A stretch of 64,000 nt of DNA from a virus. Its lineage: Duplodnaviria > Caudoviricetes. Shown here piece by piece: positions 9,668-19,766 of the stretch. Made by a program: the position numbers and the translations under genes. The notes beneath the pieces were generated by a model. That model saw nothing but the letters and a program-made list of their open reading frames with translations. It searched no databases and was not told where the DNA came from. The DNA lies in the IMG/VR virus record IMGVR_UViG_3300026488_000027, positions 2,131-66,130 of that record. One strand, given 5' to 3'. How positions within the stretch are numbered: position 1 is the first letter of the stretch; the number at the start of each line of letters is the position of its first letter.

Positions 9668-10445
9668 CTTCCTCTACATCAAGATTGTTTATTTCTTCCT
9701 TAAGTTCTTCAAGATCATTTATATTTACAACTTCATCAGAAACATCAATGTAACCAAAAAGATAAGTTTTCAATTCTTCATCATCAGGATACTGAAGAAG
9801 CGAAGATATTGGTTTGATTTCATTTGCAAATTCTTCTGGAACAGCACTTTCTTTTGTAGAAATTCTTACTCCAGTATATTTTGGATAACCATTTTCACCA
9901 ATTTCTCTAACAAAGAAAACATCTCTACCAGTTACAGGATGGAATATATCAATCAACTCTCCAGTTTCAGGATCTTCAGTCTGTGCAAGTATTTCCTCAA
10001 ACAAAGTATAAGGCAAAAGTCCAAGTTTTAATCCTTCTGCTTCACGCATTGCATCACTTCTATCCCACACCCAAGCAAGAATAACCTTGCTTGGCTTGTA
10101 AGCAGACTTCAAAACTTCGTCAGATACCTTCTTTCTTTCGCTACAAATAACACATGGTTTACCAAGCATCTTCTGCTTACACAAGAACATCTTTCTTTCA
10201 TCTCCTATGCCACGATGAAGCCAAAGAAGCCATGCAACTCCTACAAGGGAAAACTTAGGTGGAAGAATTTCTGGATTTTCCTTTGCTGGAGAAACTCCTG
10301 GAACAATCCTTATTCTGTTCTTTCCATCCTTTGGACGCCATACCTGAATATCAGGGGGAAGAAAAGTGTAAATTCCTGAAGACTTCAATACATTCTTGAT
10401 TGTCTTCAGATCGTTCTTCTTTAGTCCTTCATAATCCCAGCTCAT
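9651..10445 (-). CDS. gp32-like single-stranded DNA-binding protein
   Basis: GKNRIRIVP, His plus C..CVIC zinc ligands, HPVTGRD, acidic C-terminal tail; lies next to recA. Confidence 0.85.
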   Translation of the reverse strand: MSWDYEGLKKNDLKTIKNVLKSSGIYTFLPPDIQVWRPKDGKNRIRIVPGVSPAKENPEILPPKFSLVGVAWLLWLHRGIGDERKMFLCKQKMLGKPCVICSERKKVSDEVLKSAYKPSKVILAWVWDRSDAMREAEGLKLGLLPYTLFEEILAQTEDPETGELIDIFHPVTGRDVFFVREIGENGYPKYTGVRISTKESAVPEEFANEIKPISSLLQYPDDEELKTYLFGYIDVSDEVVNINDLEELKEEINNLDVEEDDELL

Positions 10446-10478
10446 CTAAAACCTCCTTAAAAGTTATTCTCACTTCAC

Positions 10479-10506
10479 AATATAAGCTCATCTTCAAATT
10501 TGTCAA
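10479..10506 (-). promoter_or_regulatory. Sigma70-type promoter upstream of SSB
   Basis: TTGACA-N16-TATATT on the minus strand. Confidence 0.6.
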
Positions 10507-10730
10507 GAGGAATTTTCACTTTTTTCCTGTTTCACCACAGTAACTTCTTCATGTTCACCCATTTCAGAAAGATTATGCATCATTCCCTTAAACTTTCCTC
10601 TTTCCATTCCCCATGAAAATCCATACCCTATCCCATAAAACAAAACACTAAGAGAAACAGAAACAGTAAAAACAACAGCAACATACAACAAAAGAGCTGA
10701 CACTATTTGCCACAAAGTAAAGTTAAACAT
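10503..10730 (-). CDS. Small membrane protein
   Basis: GGAGG RBS; long N-terminal hydrophobic helix. Confidence 0.6.
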   Translation of the reverse strand: MFNFTLWQIVSALLLYVAVVFTVSVSLSVLFYGIGYGFSWGMERGKFKGMMHNLSEMGEHEEVTVVKQEKSENSS

Positions 10731-10828
10731 GTTCTACCTCCAACAAAAGGATTTTGATCCAAAGAAAGGAATCCTTTGGATGGATAAACTTTTGAACATC
10801 CACATTAATATATGTGGACAAGAATCTT

Positions 10829-11293
10829 CTATTCATCATTTGACTCCCAGTAATCCATGGATTCTGTTGGCCACTTCTCAAGAATCTTTTTCATTTTATC
10901 TACTGCATTGACTTCTATTCCAGATGCTGCCATTATTCTAATTATGTTGCTAATCATTTCTCTTCTGTGTTCAAAAAGCATTTTTATTCTCTTCAGTTTA
11001 TCAATTTCCTTTTTCAATTCAAGAAGTTTTTGATATTCTGCAACAAACTGCTCATTTCTCTTGATTGAATTTTCAATTGACTTTTCAGTTATTTTGATTC
11101 CGTTCTGAAGAGCCTGTTCACGAATCTGCTTATCCAATTCAGCCACAAGCTTTTCAAGTTTCAACTTCTGAATGCCATACTGATACTCCAACTCAGGCAG
11201 ATTACGAGTAAAATATTCAAGAGCAGGAAGATGATTTTCACATGCTTCCCATATTGAATCTGAATCAAGCTTCATAAAATCTTCCAACCTCAT
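10829..11293 (-). CDS. UvsY-like recombination mediator
   Basis: Helical protein with KITEKSIENSI...FEHRREMI pattern; upstream of SSB and RecA. Confidence 0.65.
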   Translation of the reverse strand: MRLEDFMKLDSDSIWEACENHLPALEYFTRNLPELEYQYGIQKLKLEKLVAELDKQIREQALQNGIKITEKSIENSIKRNEQFVAEYQKLLELKKEIDKLKRIKMLFEHRREMISNIIRIMAASGIEVNAVDKMKKILEKWPTESMDYWESNDE

Positions 11294-11322
11294 TCTCAAC
11301 CTCCCTACAAAGTCTAACCTTT

Positions 11323-11351
11323 AGTATAGACCAAAATGGTCATTTTGTCAA
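11323..11351 (-). promoter_or_regulatory. Sigma70-type promoter
   Basis: TTGACA-N17-TATACT on the minus strand, intergenic. Confidence 0.75.
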
Positions 11352-11359
11352 GAGAAACT

Positions 11360-11971
11360 TTAATAATTCTTGCCGAGTCGTTCCAACTCATGTTGCATCC
11401 AAAACTTCTGCATTGTAAAGTAAAAATCTTCATAGGTCTTGTTAAAGCAAAAATAAAAGACATTTCCAGGTCTTTCAAATCTTGCATAACGCAAATCAGA
11501 TTTGAAGATTGGATAAATAACAACTGACTTTACACCAGCAAGATTTGTATAATTGACATCAGTAAGTGTAATTTCAAGATTACTTTCAGGTAATGTTATC
11601 TTCTTCCCATCAAAATAATCACCACACTCAAAGTAAAGCAAAAATCTATCACTGTTCTTTAGATAATACAACTTCCGCAAGAATCCATCAAAATACAGCT
11701 TGTATCTAAAATCAACTATTTCCAATACATTTTCAAGAAGCAATGGAACAACACCATCAAATGATGAATATTTCTCACATAACTCCTTAACCTTAGAAAT
11801 GTATTTCCTTTTGTCCCATGCTTGACCACTTTTCTTGTATGTAGCAATCGCTTCATATAGAATTTTGTTATGGATGATCTTTCCATAATTCATGTTTCTA
11901 AAGAAGAACAACTTCGCATCATCATCCACCTCGACGACAAACTTTGATATTCTAATACTACAAACATTCAT
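11360..11971 (-). CDS. Hypothetical protein
   Basis: About 200-aa ORF with GGAGG RBS before the ATG at 11971. Confidence 0.65.
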   Translation of the reverse strand: MNVCSIRISKFVVEVDDDAKLFFFRNMNYGKIIHNKILYEAIATYKKSGQAWDKRKYISKVKELCEKYSSFDGVVPLLLENVLEIVDFRYKLYFDGFLRKLYYLKNSDRFLLYFECGDYFDGKKITLPESNLEITLTDVNYTNLAGVKSVVIYPIFKSDLRYARFERPGNVFYFCFNKTYEDFYFTMQKFWMQHELERLGKNY

Positions 11972-12056
11972 TTTGACCTCCTTCGCCACAGTTTAGCATG
12001 TATTTCTAATATACCCCAGACAGCAAGTTGTCAAGAAGAAAATTTGGCCGTCAGTT

Positions 12057-12167
12057 AATAACTCTAACTAAGTAACTCGAGAAATAACCCGAAAAATAAC
12101 TCAAACCAAATAACTCGATAAATAACTCGAGAAATAAATCGAAAAGATAACTCGATAAATAACTCGA
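12057..12167. repeat. Iteron-like tandem repeats, about 9 copies of AAATAACTCGA at about 12-bp period
   Basis: Units at 12057, 12071, 12082, 12094, 12108, 12120, 12132, 12145 and 12157, followed by an AT-only run. Confidence 0.85.
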
Positions 12168-12540
12168 TTGAATAATATATTTATATTATGTGGTCTGAGA
12201 AAAGAAAAGTGATTTGAAAGAAGAAATCTTTCTTGAGTAACTATACTATCTTAGTTAAGAATAGTCTATTTAAAAAATCAATCATTTTCTTCTTTTCTCC
12301 AAGAAAGAATTAAAGACTTTGATATTCATGATTTCACTCAGATCAGGTTCAGGAAAGATCTTTGGAATGGAAGATCTTTAGTTCAACAGTGAAAAGAAGA
12401 TTCTTTAAGATTCCTGTTTCAAAATTTGGTCAGGTCTTTGGTTTATCATGAGATTATCATCTCATTCTATATTGCAAAACCGTGTGTAGTGGAGTTAGGC
12501 TTTTCTAACAAATGAAATGGATGTAAAAATCTTCAGAAAT

Positions 12541-12612
12541 CGTCTCTGACGCATTTTTTAATTCTGGGTAATGGTTTTATACCTGTAGGCAATTTTGCGT
12601 GCGTCAGAGACG
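12541..12612. repeat. 13-bp perfect inverted repeat CGTCTCTGACGCA / TGCGTCAGAGACG
   Basis: Arms at 12541-12553 and 12600-12612 in non-coding DNA. Confidence 0.8.
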
Positions 12613-12723
12613 CTCAGAATGGATCTCAGGGGTAAAATTTTAGAATGTCCTGACCAAAATTTGACTTGACTTTTTCGTGAATGGATGTATATTGAAGTTA
12701 GGAATATTTCTGTGAGGGAAGGG

Positions 12724-13614
12724 ATGAATGAATTTGGTATAGTCAGAAAGATGATAATGGACTCCCTTGAAGGAATTACTTTTGAGGAATACAAGAACCT
12801 TTGTGGTTTCGGATCATTGATTCTTGAAAACCTTTCTTTGTATGATAAGGATGGATTGGAAAACTTCAATGAACTAATTTATGAGTTGCATGATGCCAAG
12901 AAGGTTTCATTGACACAACTTAGATATCGTGCAATGCGTCAAAATGTAAACATTACTGTGGCAAAAAATAGACAATATTATGCAATTTACTTTTTTCTTG
13001 TTGACTTTTTGACACACTATTTTAGAAAATGGAAAACCATCTATTTAACTGACAGAACCATTTTCTATCTCAGGAAAGCATACAGAAGTGAAGTTGTAGA
13101 TAATTTGTTAAAAGAGCCATTTTTTGATTATTATGAAACTGAAATTAGAATCTTCAGAAGAGCTTTTTACAGTCTTGCATTGTATCATGTATTGCTATAC
13201 AGAATTCTTTTTGTAAAGAATCCTCTGAATAAAGAAATGTTTTGGACTGCACACAGATACATTATGAGAAAGATTTTGTTTTTTGTTTTCACACAGATAG
13301 CTTTAATTTGTGAAACGGAAGAGGAAATGGAAAAGTTTGCATTTTATATTGAAGAGAATCCACACAAGGTGTTCAGGTTTTATTGTGAAGAATTAAATAT
13401 AGCTCCTGAAGATGTTTTTGAAGGTCTTAACATTGTTTCGTTCACAGATTTTGGTGCCGGAATAAACTCTACAACTGTCAATTTTATCCTTGACAAATGC
13501 CAAGATTTAGACTATCTAAGAAAAGAGAACTTGACAAGAAAGGATGCTGAGGAGTTGATAAAAAAACTTTTTAAGAAGGAATATCACCAAGTTTTGGTTG
13601 GGAGTAAATTATGA
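12724..13614 (+). CDS. Hypothetical protein heading the replication operon
   Basis: Long ORF (track start 12685); likely ATG at 12724 after GAGGGAAGGG and a TTGACT-N16-TATATT promoter. Confidence 0.75.
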   Translation: MNEFGIVRKMIMDSLEGITFEEYKNLCGFGSLILENLSLYDKDGLENFNELIYELHDAKKVSLTQLRYRAMRQNVNITVAKNRQYYAIYFFLVDFLTHYFRKWKTIYLTDRTIFYLRKAYRSEVVDNLLKEPFFDYYETEIRIFRRAFYSLALYHVLLYRILFVKNPLNKEMFWTAHRYIMRKILFFVFTQIALICETEEEMEKFAFYIEENPHKVFRFYCEELNIAPEDVFEGLNIVSFTDFGAGINSTTVNFILDKCQDLDYLRKENLTRKDAEELIKKLFKKEYHQVLVGSKL

Positions 13615-15089
13615 AAACCAGTGTGAAACTTGAAGACATTATTTACTTTCTTTCATCTTCAAAAGAGAAGTATGATAAGTGGGTAAAACACATTTTGAAT
13701 TGCGATCCTATCCGCAAGTATTCCTGGTTGATTAGATTGGTTGGCAGTTTGTTTGAAATATCAGATTTAAATAAATTAACTAAAGAAGAAATTGTTTACT
13801 GGTCTGAAAAACTGTTTGAAGATGGTAAATTAGATAAATTGAAACTTGAATTTGTGAAGTCTGTTTGTGATAGATTTCCTGAAAATGTAACACCAGTTAT
13901 GATTGAATCTTTAATTGAAAGTTTTGTATTGAGAAACATTATAGACAAATTTTACGATGATGTTATAACACAGGATTTAATTACTTCTGAATCGGTTTTA
14001 AATTATCTATGGAGAACATCATCAATTATCAAAGAATTTAACAAATACGAAGTTGATGATGAAAATATTGAAGAAATACTTGATTCTGGAAGTTTCGAAG
14101 TAGGTGGAAAGATAGGAATAGATCTGCTTGATGATTATTTGACAGGATATCCAAAATCTGGTTATACGATAGTTGCTGGAAAGACAGGAATAGGAAAGAC
14201 TTATTTCCTGTTAAATTCTTTTATTGAAAGCTTAAAAAATGGTTATTCTGCACTTTTCATTTCACCTGAAATGAGTTTTAGAGCTATAATCAACAGAACA
14301 GCTTTGCTGACTACAGGATTCAAACCTACATTTTTGAGAAACAAAAGTTTTTACATTGTGGATGAATTACCTATTCCTCATGAACCTATTGAAATCAATA
14401 ACGATGAACGAAAAAATTTTCAAGAGTTGAAAAAAGAATTTATAAACGAATGGTATGAAAGGCACCATTTGAAAGATAGATTTGTGTGCGCTGATGTAAG
14501 TGGAAATTTGATTTCCTTTCATACAATTGAGTCAGCAATTATAGACTTTATGGAAAAGTATGGGAAGGTTGATATTATATTTATTGATGCTCCAGAGATG
14601 TTGAGTATAAAGTGGGCGAAAAATGAATTTGATGAAATTCAGCAGAAAAGTTTGTTTTTCAATAAGATAGCGATTGAATATGACATTGCTGTTGTTGTGT
14701 CATGGCAACTGAAAAAAGACACATATAAAAAGAAATGTAATCTATCAATCAGTGATATAAAAGGTAGAAACGAAATTTCACAGAAGGCATCTTTGATACT
14801 TGCTATCATACAAGATTCATCTGAAAAAATGTTTAATTTGCTCCGTGTTGAAACACTAAAAGTAAGACATGATGTTCCTATTTATCCACCTCCAATAATT
14901 GTCAATTCTGCATTGAAAGATGGTAGATATGTTGATAAAGTTGCCGTGTTTGATAACAACAAGATACAAAAGTATTTGGAAAGAATTTCTGAACTTGCTA
15001 ACTTGTATGATACATCAAGTAAGATTGCAAGAGATTATAGAACATTTATAGATGACAGTGGAGATGTTGAAGATGACTTCCCGTTTTGA
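13611..15089 (+). CDS. dnaB: DnaB-like replicative helicase
   Basis: AGKTGIGKT Walker A, FISPEMS, IFID Walker B, SWQL, KVRH arginine finger. Confidence 0.92.
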   Translation: MKTSVKLEDIIYFLSSSKEKYDKWVKHILNCDPIRKYSWLIRLVGSLFEISDLNKLTKEEIVYWSEKLFEDGKLDKLKLEFVKSVCDRFPENVTPVMIESLIESFVLRNIIDKFYDDVITQDLITSESVLNYLWRTSSIIKEFNKYEVDDENIEEILDSGSFEVGGKIGIDLLDDYLTGYPKSGYTIVAGKTGIGKTYFLLNSFIESLKNGYSALFISPEMSFRAIINRTALLTTGFKPTFLRNKSFYIVDELPIPHEPIEINNDERKNFQELKKEFINEWYERHHLKDRFVCADVSGNLISFHTIESAIIDFMEKYGKVDIIFIDAPEMLSIKWAKNEFDEIQQKSLFFNKIAIEYDIAVVVSWQLKKDTYKKKCNLSISDIKGRNEISQKASLILAIIQDSSEKMFNLLRVETLKVRHDVPIYPPPIIVNSALKDGRYVDKVAVFDNNKIQKYLERISELANLYDTSSKIARDYRTFIDDSGDVEDDFPF

Positions 15090-16044
15090 TGTAAAAGCTT
15101 TTTTGCTTGATCATAACATAAGATTTGTGTCAAGAGGAAAGAATGTTGGAAAAGAAGATGTAAATATAAAATGTCCTAATTGTGATGACCCTTCCTTTCA
15201 CCTTGGTATTTACAAAGAAACAGGAATCTTTCATTGCTGGAGATGTGATTTTAGTGGTAACTTTATAACATTAATTCAAAAACTTCTTGGTGTTCCATAT
15301 TACAAAGCAAAAAAGATAGCTGTAAGTTACAGTTATTCCACAGGTATTGAAGAAACTGAAAATAATCAGAAAAACAATGAAGTAGTCTTTCCAGATAATT
15401 CATTTCTCATTCTTGATGCACTTGAAGATGATGAAATTGAATCTTACAGACTTAAAGCTATTTTGTATCTGAAGAGCAGATTTGTCAATCCTTACAATAA
15501 GATGTTATGGATGTTTACACCGAAAACAAATGATAACTATTCTTGTCTTATCATAATTCCAGTTTTCTTTAATGGTGAAATTGTTACTTGGATTGGAAGA
15601 AGATATATTGACAAAGATCCAAGATATGTAAATTGTCCAAAAGACAAATGTATTTTAACTGTAAAAGAAGTTCTTTACAACTATGATTCTTATACTGAAG
15701 ATGATTTTGTTTTTATAACGGAAGGTATATTTGATGCTCTTAGGTTTGGAAGATTTGGTTTAGCTTCATTTGGCAAGATTTTGGGTGAGAAACAACTTGA
15801 ATTGCTGTATATCAAAAGACCGAGAAAGATTTTTTATGTTCCAGATAGAGATGTTTCACAGGAAGAAGTGAAAGTGAATTTTAATCAACTAAAACTTATC
15901 ACGGAAACCGTTATGTTGTGGCCACCTACAAAATATAAGGATGTAGGTGAAATGAAAAAATCTGAAGTATTGCAGTGGCTAAGAGAAGAATTATCCGAAG
16001 AAGATTTTGAAAAGATTTTTAACGAATTTCTATCAAATGCTTGA
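15052..16044 (+). CDS. dnaG: DNA primase (zinc finger + TOPRIM)
   Basis: CPNC...FHCWRC, ITEGIFDA, PDRD, KDVGE. Confidence 0.92.
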   Translation: MTVEMLKMTSRFDVKAFLLDHNIRFVSRGKNVGKEDVNIKCPNCDDPSFHLGIYKETGIFHCWRCDFSGNFITLIQKLLGVPYYKAKKIAVSYSYSTGIEETENNQKNNEVVFPDNSFLILDALEDDEIESYRLKAILYLKSRFVNPYNKMLWMFTPKTNDNYSCLIIIPVFFNGEIVTWIGRRYIDKDPRYVNCPKDKCILTVKEVLYNYDSYTEDDFVFITEGIFDALRFGRFGLASFGKILGEKQLELLYIKRPRKIFYVPDRDVSQEEVKVNFNQLKLITETVMLWPPTKYKDVGEMKKSEVLQWLREELSEEDFEKIFNEFLSNA

Positions 16045-16088
16045 CAAACTATCAAAAAAGTTTATATTTATACACACTGGAGGATGTG

Positions 16089-16379
16089 ATGATTGATGAT
16101 AGAATACTAAAATACTTCAAGAATGTTGCTAACAAACTTCAAATTGTTCTGTCTAAGGAATACAGTAAGAAGAAGAAAAGTCTTTCTGTTTATGCGACCA
16201 AAGATGATTTGTATCATGATTTGATCATGTATTACTTGGAATATGGTGATGAAGGAAAAGCAGAGAGTAAAGTTATTCAAAAATATCTTGAATTATTAAA
16301 AAGTATTTCGGTTGAAAGAAGTTGGGGTGAAGAAAAAGCTCTTGAAGCATTTATCTATGGTGAGAAAAGTGAAGATTGA
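16089..16379 (+). CDS. Hypothetical protein
   Basis: GGAGG RBS before ATG 16089; TTGACA-N16-TATATT at 16041-16068 upstream. Confidence 0.6.
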   Translation: MIDDRILKYFKNVANKLQIVLSKEYSKKKKSLSVYATKDDLYHDLIMYYLEYGDEGKAESKVIQKYLELLKSISVERSWGEEKALEAFIYGEKSED

Positions 16380-16872
16380 TAATCTACGAATTACACCAAG
16401 ATTTCTGACAAAAGTTTTGATAAGTATTCCTTTTTTCTGTCAAACAGGAATTGGCCCAACAAAACTTAAATATTTTTTAGATGTTGTAAATTCTTTAAAT
16501 GATTATCTGGAGGAACTTTTTTATGATTTGCAGCCAGATATGATTTATGGTTGTCCTGATAGAAATGGTCTCTTCTTTTATTCAAATGATTTAGTCTATG
16601 TAGTCTGTGATACACTCTATGTTTTTGATTTTTTCTATCACGAGGCTTATATCAACTATAAAATAGAAAGACCCATTTTTACAAGTTTGAATATCCCACA
16701 ACAGACATTCTATAATACTTTTGATCTTGTTGGAGATAAGATGATAGGACTTGACAAACCTCGCATCAGAGATATTATGTATTGTGATAAAGTAAAAGAT
16801 TTTTGTTTGCTGTTAGGAGAAGTTCTTTATAATAAGAATATCGGGAGGTTAGAGAATGTCGATCTGCAGTAA
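16357..16872 (+). CDS. Hypothetical protein
   Basis: ORF between primase and polymerase; start uncertain. Confidence 0.6.
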   Translation: MVRKVKIDNLRITPRFLTKVLISIPFFCQTGIGPTKLKYFLDVVNSLNDYLEELFYDLQPDMIYGCPDRNGLFFYSNDLVYVVCDTLYVFDFFYHEAYINYKIERPIFTSLNIPQQTFYNTFDLVGDKMIGLDKPRIRDIMYCDKVKDFCLLLGEVLYNKNIGRLENVDLQ

Positions 16873-19372
16873 ATGTCCTGTGTGTAATGAAAATAGACAG
16901 AAAGTAGATTTTGATGGTAGTTGTGAAGAGTCTGGAATTTATATAGTTGGGCAGAATCCAGGTGCACGGGAAGTAGAGCAAGGAAAACCTTTTGTTGGTA
17001 GGTCTGGAACATTACTGTCCACCATGCTCCACGCAGCTGGTATAGACAGAAAAACCGTTAGAATTGGTAATATAGTAAAATGTTTCTTTCCTCCAGGAAC
17101 AGAAATAAAAAAAGATATTGTGAATGTATGCAAGCAATATGTTCTTGATGATATAAAAAAACACGAACCCAAAGTAATTATCACTCTGGGTGAAAGAGCA
17201 TATTTTGGTATCACAGGAAAAGACAATTTTAGTTCACATAGATTTGTTCCAACACCTTATCCTGAACTTGGTTGTTGGATAGTTCCTTTATATCATCCAA
17301 GATTTCTTATGGAAAATAGAAGTCTTGGTTTGAAACATATGATGATAAAAATGATGAAACATGCAAAGTATCTTACTACTGTTCCAGTCCCTCAAGTTGA
17401 TAGACCTGAAGTAGAAATCTTGACGAATTTTGATGATATAGTTAAAGCTATAAGATATTTTAGAAATCAAAAGTTTGCTGCTTTTGATTTTGAAACTTCT
17501 TCACTCTATTCTCACTTTGATATTTCTTACATTGCTACATGTGCTATATCTGATGGAAAACGAACTGTAGCTTTTCCTGTTGAAAATTATTTTAACGAGA
17601 AACAGACAAAACAAATAATTAGTGAATTCATTGAATTTATACATGACAATAATGTTTCAAAACTTGTATTCAATATGTCCTTTGAAAATTATTGGATTCT
17701 TTCAAGAATGAATACTTCTTTTGAAAGAAATGACAATTTTCATGATGTTATGCTTTTATCTTATATGATTTATCCAAGAGATGGACTTTTTGGTCTAAAA
17801 GAGTTGTCAAGGGTTTGGTTAGGTGCTGATGAAACTTATGCTATAGATGTCAAGGATGTTTATTCTATGTTAAAAGAAAATCCTGAAAGTATTTATGATC
17901 TAATGATATATAACGGAATAGATGCTTACTATACATATCACATCTTTGATAGAATAGCAAATTTTGTGAAAGAAATGAGACAAGCTCTCAGAAAGAACAA
18001 TCTTGACTTTGAATATAGATTTGGTTTTACGGCTGAAGAAATTTCAAATATCATAAAGTTGTTGAAGTATTATAAAATTTCTTTCAAGTATCTTCCCATA
18101 ACAGTTTCAAAAACACAATTTAATGGATGTATTCCTAACATAGAGTTTATAGATGATCTTGAATTAAGACTAAAGAATGAACTGCACAAAGAGCTTGAAA
18201 AGATTTATTCTGATGAAAGAGTTCCTGAAAGCACAAAGAATGTTATAAAATCCTTTGGCGTTGAATGTGGAGAAAAACTTGCTCGTATTCTTGGTTTTGA
18301 AAAGGAAAATGTTTCAAAAGAAGAAAAATCTATCAAGAAAATGATTTTTGATATAAGATCATCTAAACAGCTTGCTGAATTTTTCATAAAGAATGGTTAT
18401 GAACTGCCAAAAACAAGTAAAGGAAATTATTCTGTAAATGAAAGTGTTTTGAAAAATCTTGCTGAAAAGGATAAGTTTGCCAAAAGAATTCTTACTGTGC
18501 GTGGAATAGATAAAAAACTGTCTGCTTATGTTAATACATTTAGAAAGTGGATTTTTCCAGATGGTAAGTTTCATCCTTCATACAGAATAGTATCTGAAGG
18601 AACTGCAAGACCTCTTGCAAACAAAATTAATATTCAGCAGTTTCCAAAAAGAAAAGGTAAAGAAATGAGACAGGTGTTAAAAGCGCCTGAAGGCTATATC
18701 ATTCTTGATTTTGATTATTCTGCTCTTGAAGTGAGAGTGCTTGCAATGTTATCAAGAGATCAAAAACTTGTTGAATATATATTAAATGGTATTGATTTTC
18801 ACTTAGAGTGGAGTAAAAGAATTTTTGGTGAAAAATTGGCTAAGGAGAATAGAAACTTGGTTAAAAATCAGTTTGTTTTTCCTTTGTTTTATGGTGCAGG
18901 TGTTAAAACAGTATCTAATGGACTTGGCATACCAGAAGATAAAGCTGTAAAGTTAATTGATGAATTCTGGAATGAATTTAGTGGTGTAAAATTGTGGCAG
19001 GAGAAGATGTTTGCTGAATACAATAGAAATGGATGTGTTTCAAACTATTTTGGTAGAAGACGATATGCACCTGTTAGCTGGAATGTAATTGTGAACTATC
19101 CTATACAGTCAACAGGTGTGGAATTTACCATTTATGCATGGAACAAGCTTGTTGAAAAAGGTTATTGGGTAGCAGCAGAAATACATGATGAGCTTGTTGT
19201 TTATGTAAAAGATGATGAGAAATCAATCAGACAGGGAATAAGGGATATTTATGAAGCTATGGTTAAACAACCATGGAAGATTCTTGAAGTTGTTCCTTTG
19301 TCAATAGAAGGAAAAATAGGTTATGATTGGTATAATATGAAGGAAATAAATCTTGAAGAATACTTAAGCTAA
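16856..19372 (+). CDS. polA: Family A DNA polymerase with N-terminal uracil-DNA glycosylase-like domain (SPO1-type)
   Basis: UDG family-4-like N-terminus (CSKCPVC, GQNPG, GKPFVGRSG, YHP); ExoI DFET; DFDYSALEVR motif A; R..K...YG motif B; IHDEL motif C. Confidence 0.95.
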   Translation: MSICSKCPVCNENRQKVDFDGSCEESGIYIVGQNPGAREVEQGKPFVGRSGTLLSTMLHAAGIDRKTVRIGNIVKCFFPPGTEIKKDIVNVCKQYVLDDIKKHEPKVIITLGERAYFGITGKDNFSSHRFVPTPYPELGCWIVPLYHPRFLMENRSLGLKHMMIKMMKHAKYLTTVPVPQVDRPEVEILTNFDDIVKAIRYFRNQKFAAFDFETSSLYSHFDISYIATCAISDGKRTVAFPVENYFNEKQTKQIISEFIEFIHDNNVSKLVFNMSFENYWILSRMNTSFERNDNFHDVMLLSYMIYPRDGLFGLKELSRVWLGADETYAIDVKDVYSMLKENPESIYDLMIYNGIDAYYTYHIFDRIANFVKEMRQALRKNNLDFEYRFGFTAEEISNIIKLLKYYKISFKYLPITVSKTQFNGCIPNIEFIDDLELRLKNELHKELEKIYSDERVPESTKNVIKSFGVECGEKLARILGFEKENVSKEEKSIKKMIFDIRSSKQLAEFFIKNGYELPKTSKGNYSVNESVLKNLAEKDKFAKRILTVRGIDKKLSAYVNTFRKWIFPDGKFHPSYRIVSEGTARPLANKINIQQFPKRKGKEMRQVLKAPEGYIILDFDYSALEVRVLAMLSRDQKLVEYILNGIDFHLEWSKRIFGEKLAKENRNLVKNQFVFPLFYGAGVKTVSNGLGIPEDKAVKLIDEFWNEFSGVKLWQEKMFAEYNRNGCVSNYFGRRRYAPVSWNVIVNYPIQSTGVEFTIYAWNKLVEKGYWVAAEIHDELVVYVKDDEKSIRQGIRDIYEAMVKQPWKILEVVPLSIEGKIGYDWYNMKEINLEEYLS

Positions 19373-19382
19373 GAGGTGAAAT

Positions 19383-19460
19383 ATGAATAAGGTATCAGTT
19401 TTAGTAAGCAATTTCGTTGAAACGACAACATTAACAACAAAGGACCTTCTGAAACTGTAA
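19383..19460 (+). CDS. 25-aa ORF (MNKVSVL...DLLKL), possibly truncated at the IscB insertion
   Basis: GAGGTG RBS; stop codon lies inside the palindrome at the element's left end. Confidence 0.35.
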   Translation: MNKVSVLVSNFVETTTLTTKDLLKL

Positions 19461-19760
19461 CATTTTAAAATGTTTAGTTACAGTTTCAGCGGGTCTGAGG
19501 CAGAGGTGGTCCTGATGAAGGATAAGCTGAACTTGCCGAATAGGAAGGCAAGAGGTGAAGAGGAGAGAATTTTTCTCTCCCACCACCTACGTCCTATGGT
19601 TGCCCGTGAGGGCAGGCACCCTGGGGTGGAGCACCAGCTCCAGGCTCTGCTGGTGGTGGGGGACGAAACCCAGCCTGAGATGGTGTTGGTGAACACCCCT
19701 ACCACTATCAGAGACCATGGGACATTGCCGAGGTGCAGCATAACCCCTTTATGGGAGGTA
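19461..19760 (+). ncRNA. omegaRNA (HEARO-like) guide RNA of IscB
   Basis: GC-rich, hairpin-rich 300-nt island directly upstream of iscB, with typical motifs CTACGT, CACCCTGGGGTG, CCAGCTCCAGGCTCTG, ACATTGCCGAGG; boundaries approximate. Confidence 0.85.
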
Positions 19761-19766
19761 GCTTAA

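Noticed and set aside
12057-12167. CRISPR mini-array
   Set aside because: Units are about 11-12 bp with 1-3 bp gaps; there are no spacer-length unique sequences and no cas genes
19470-19766. ORFs 19470..19766 (+) and 19478..19741 (-)
   Set aside because: They overlap the GC-rich structured omegaRNA, and the translations have no protein-like features
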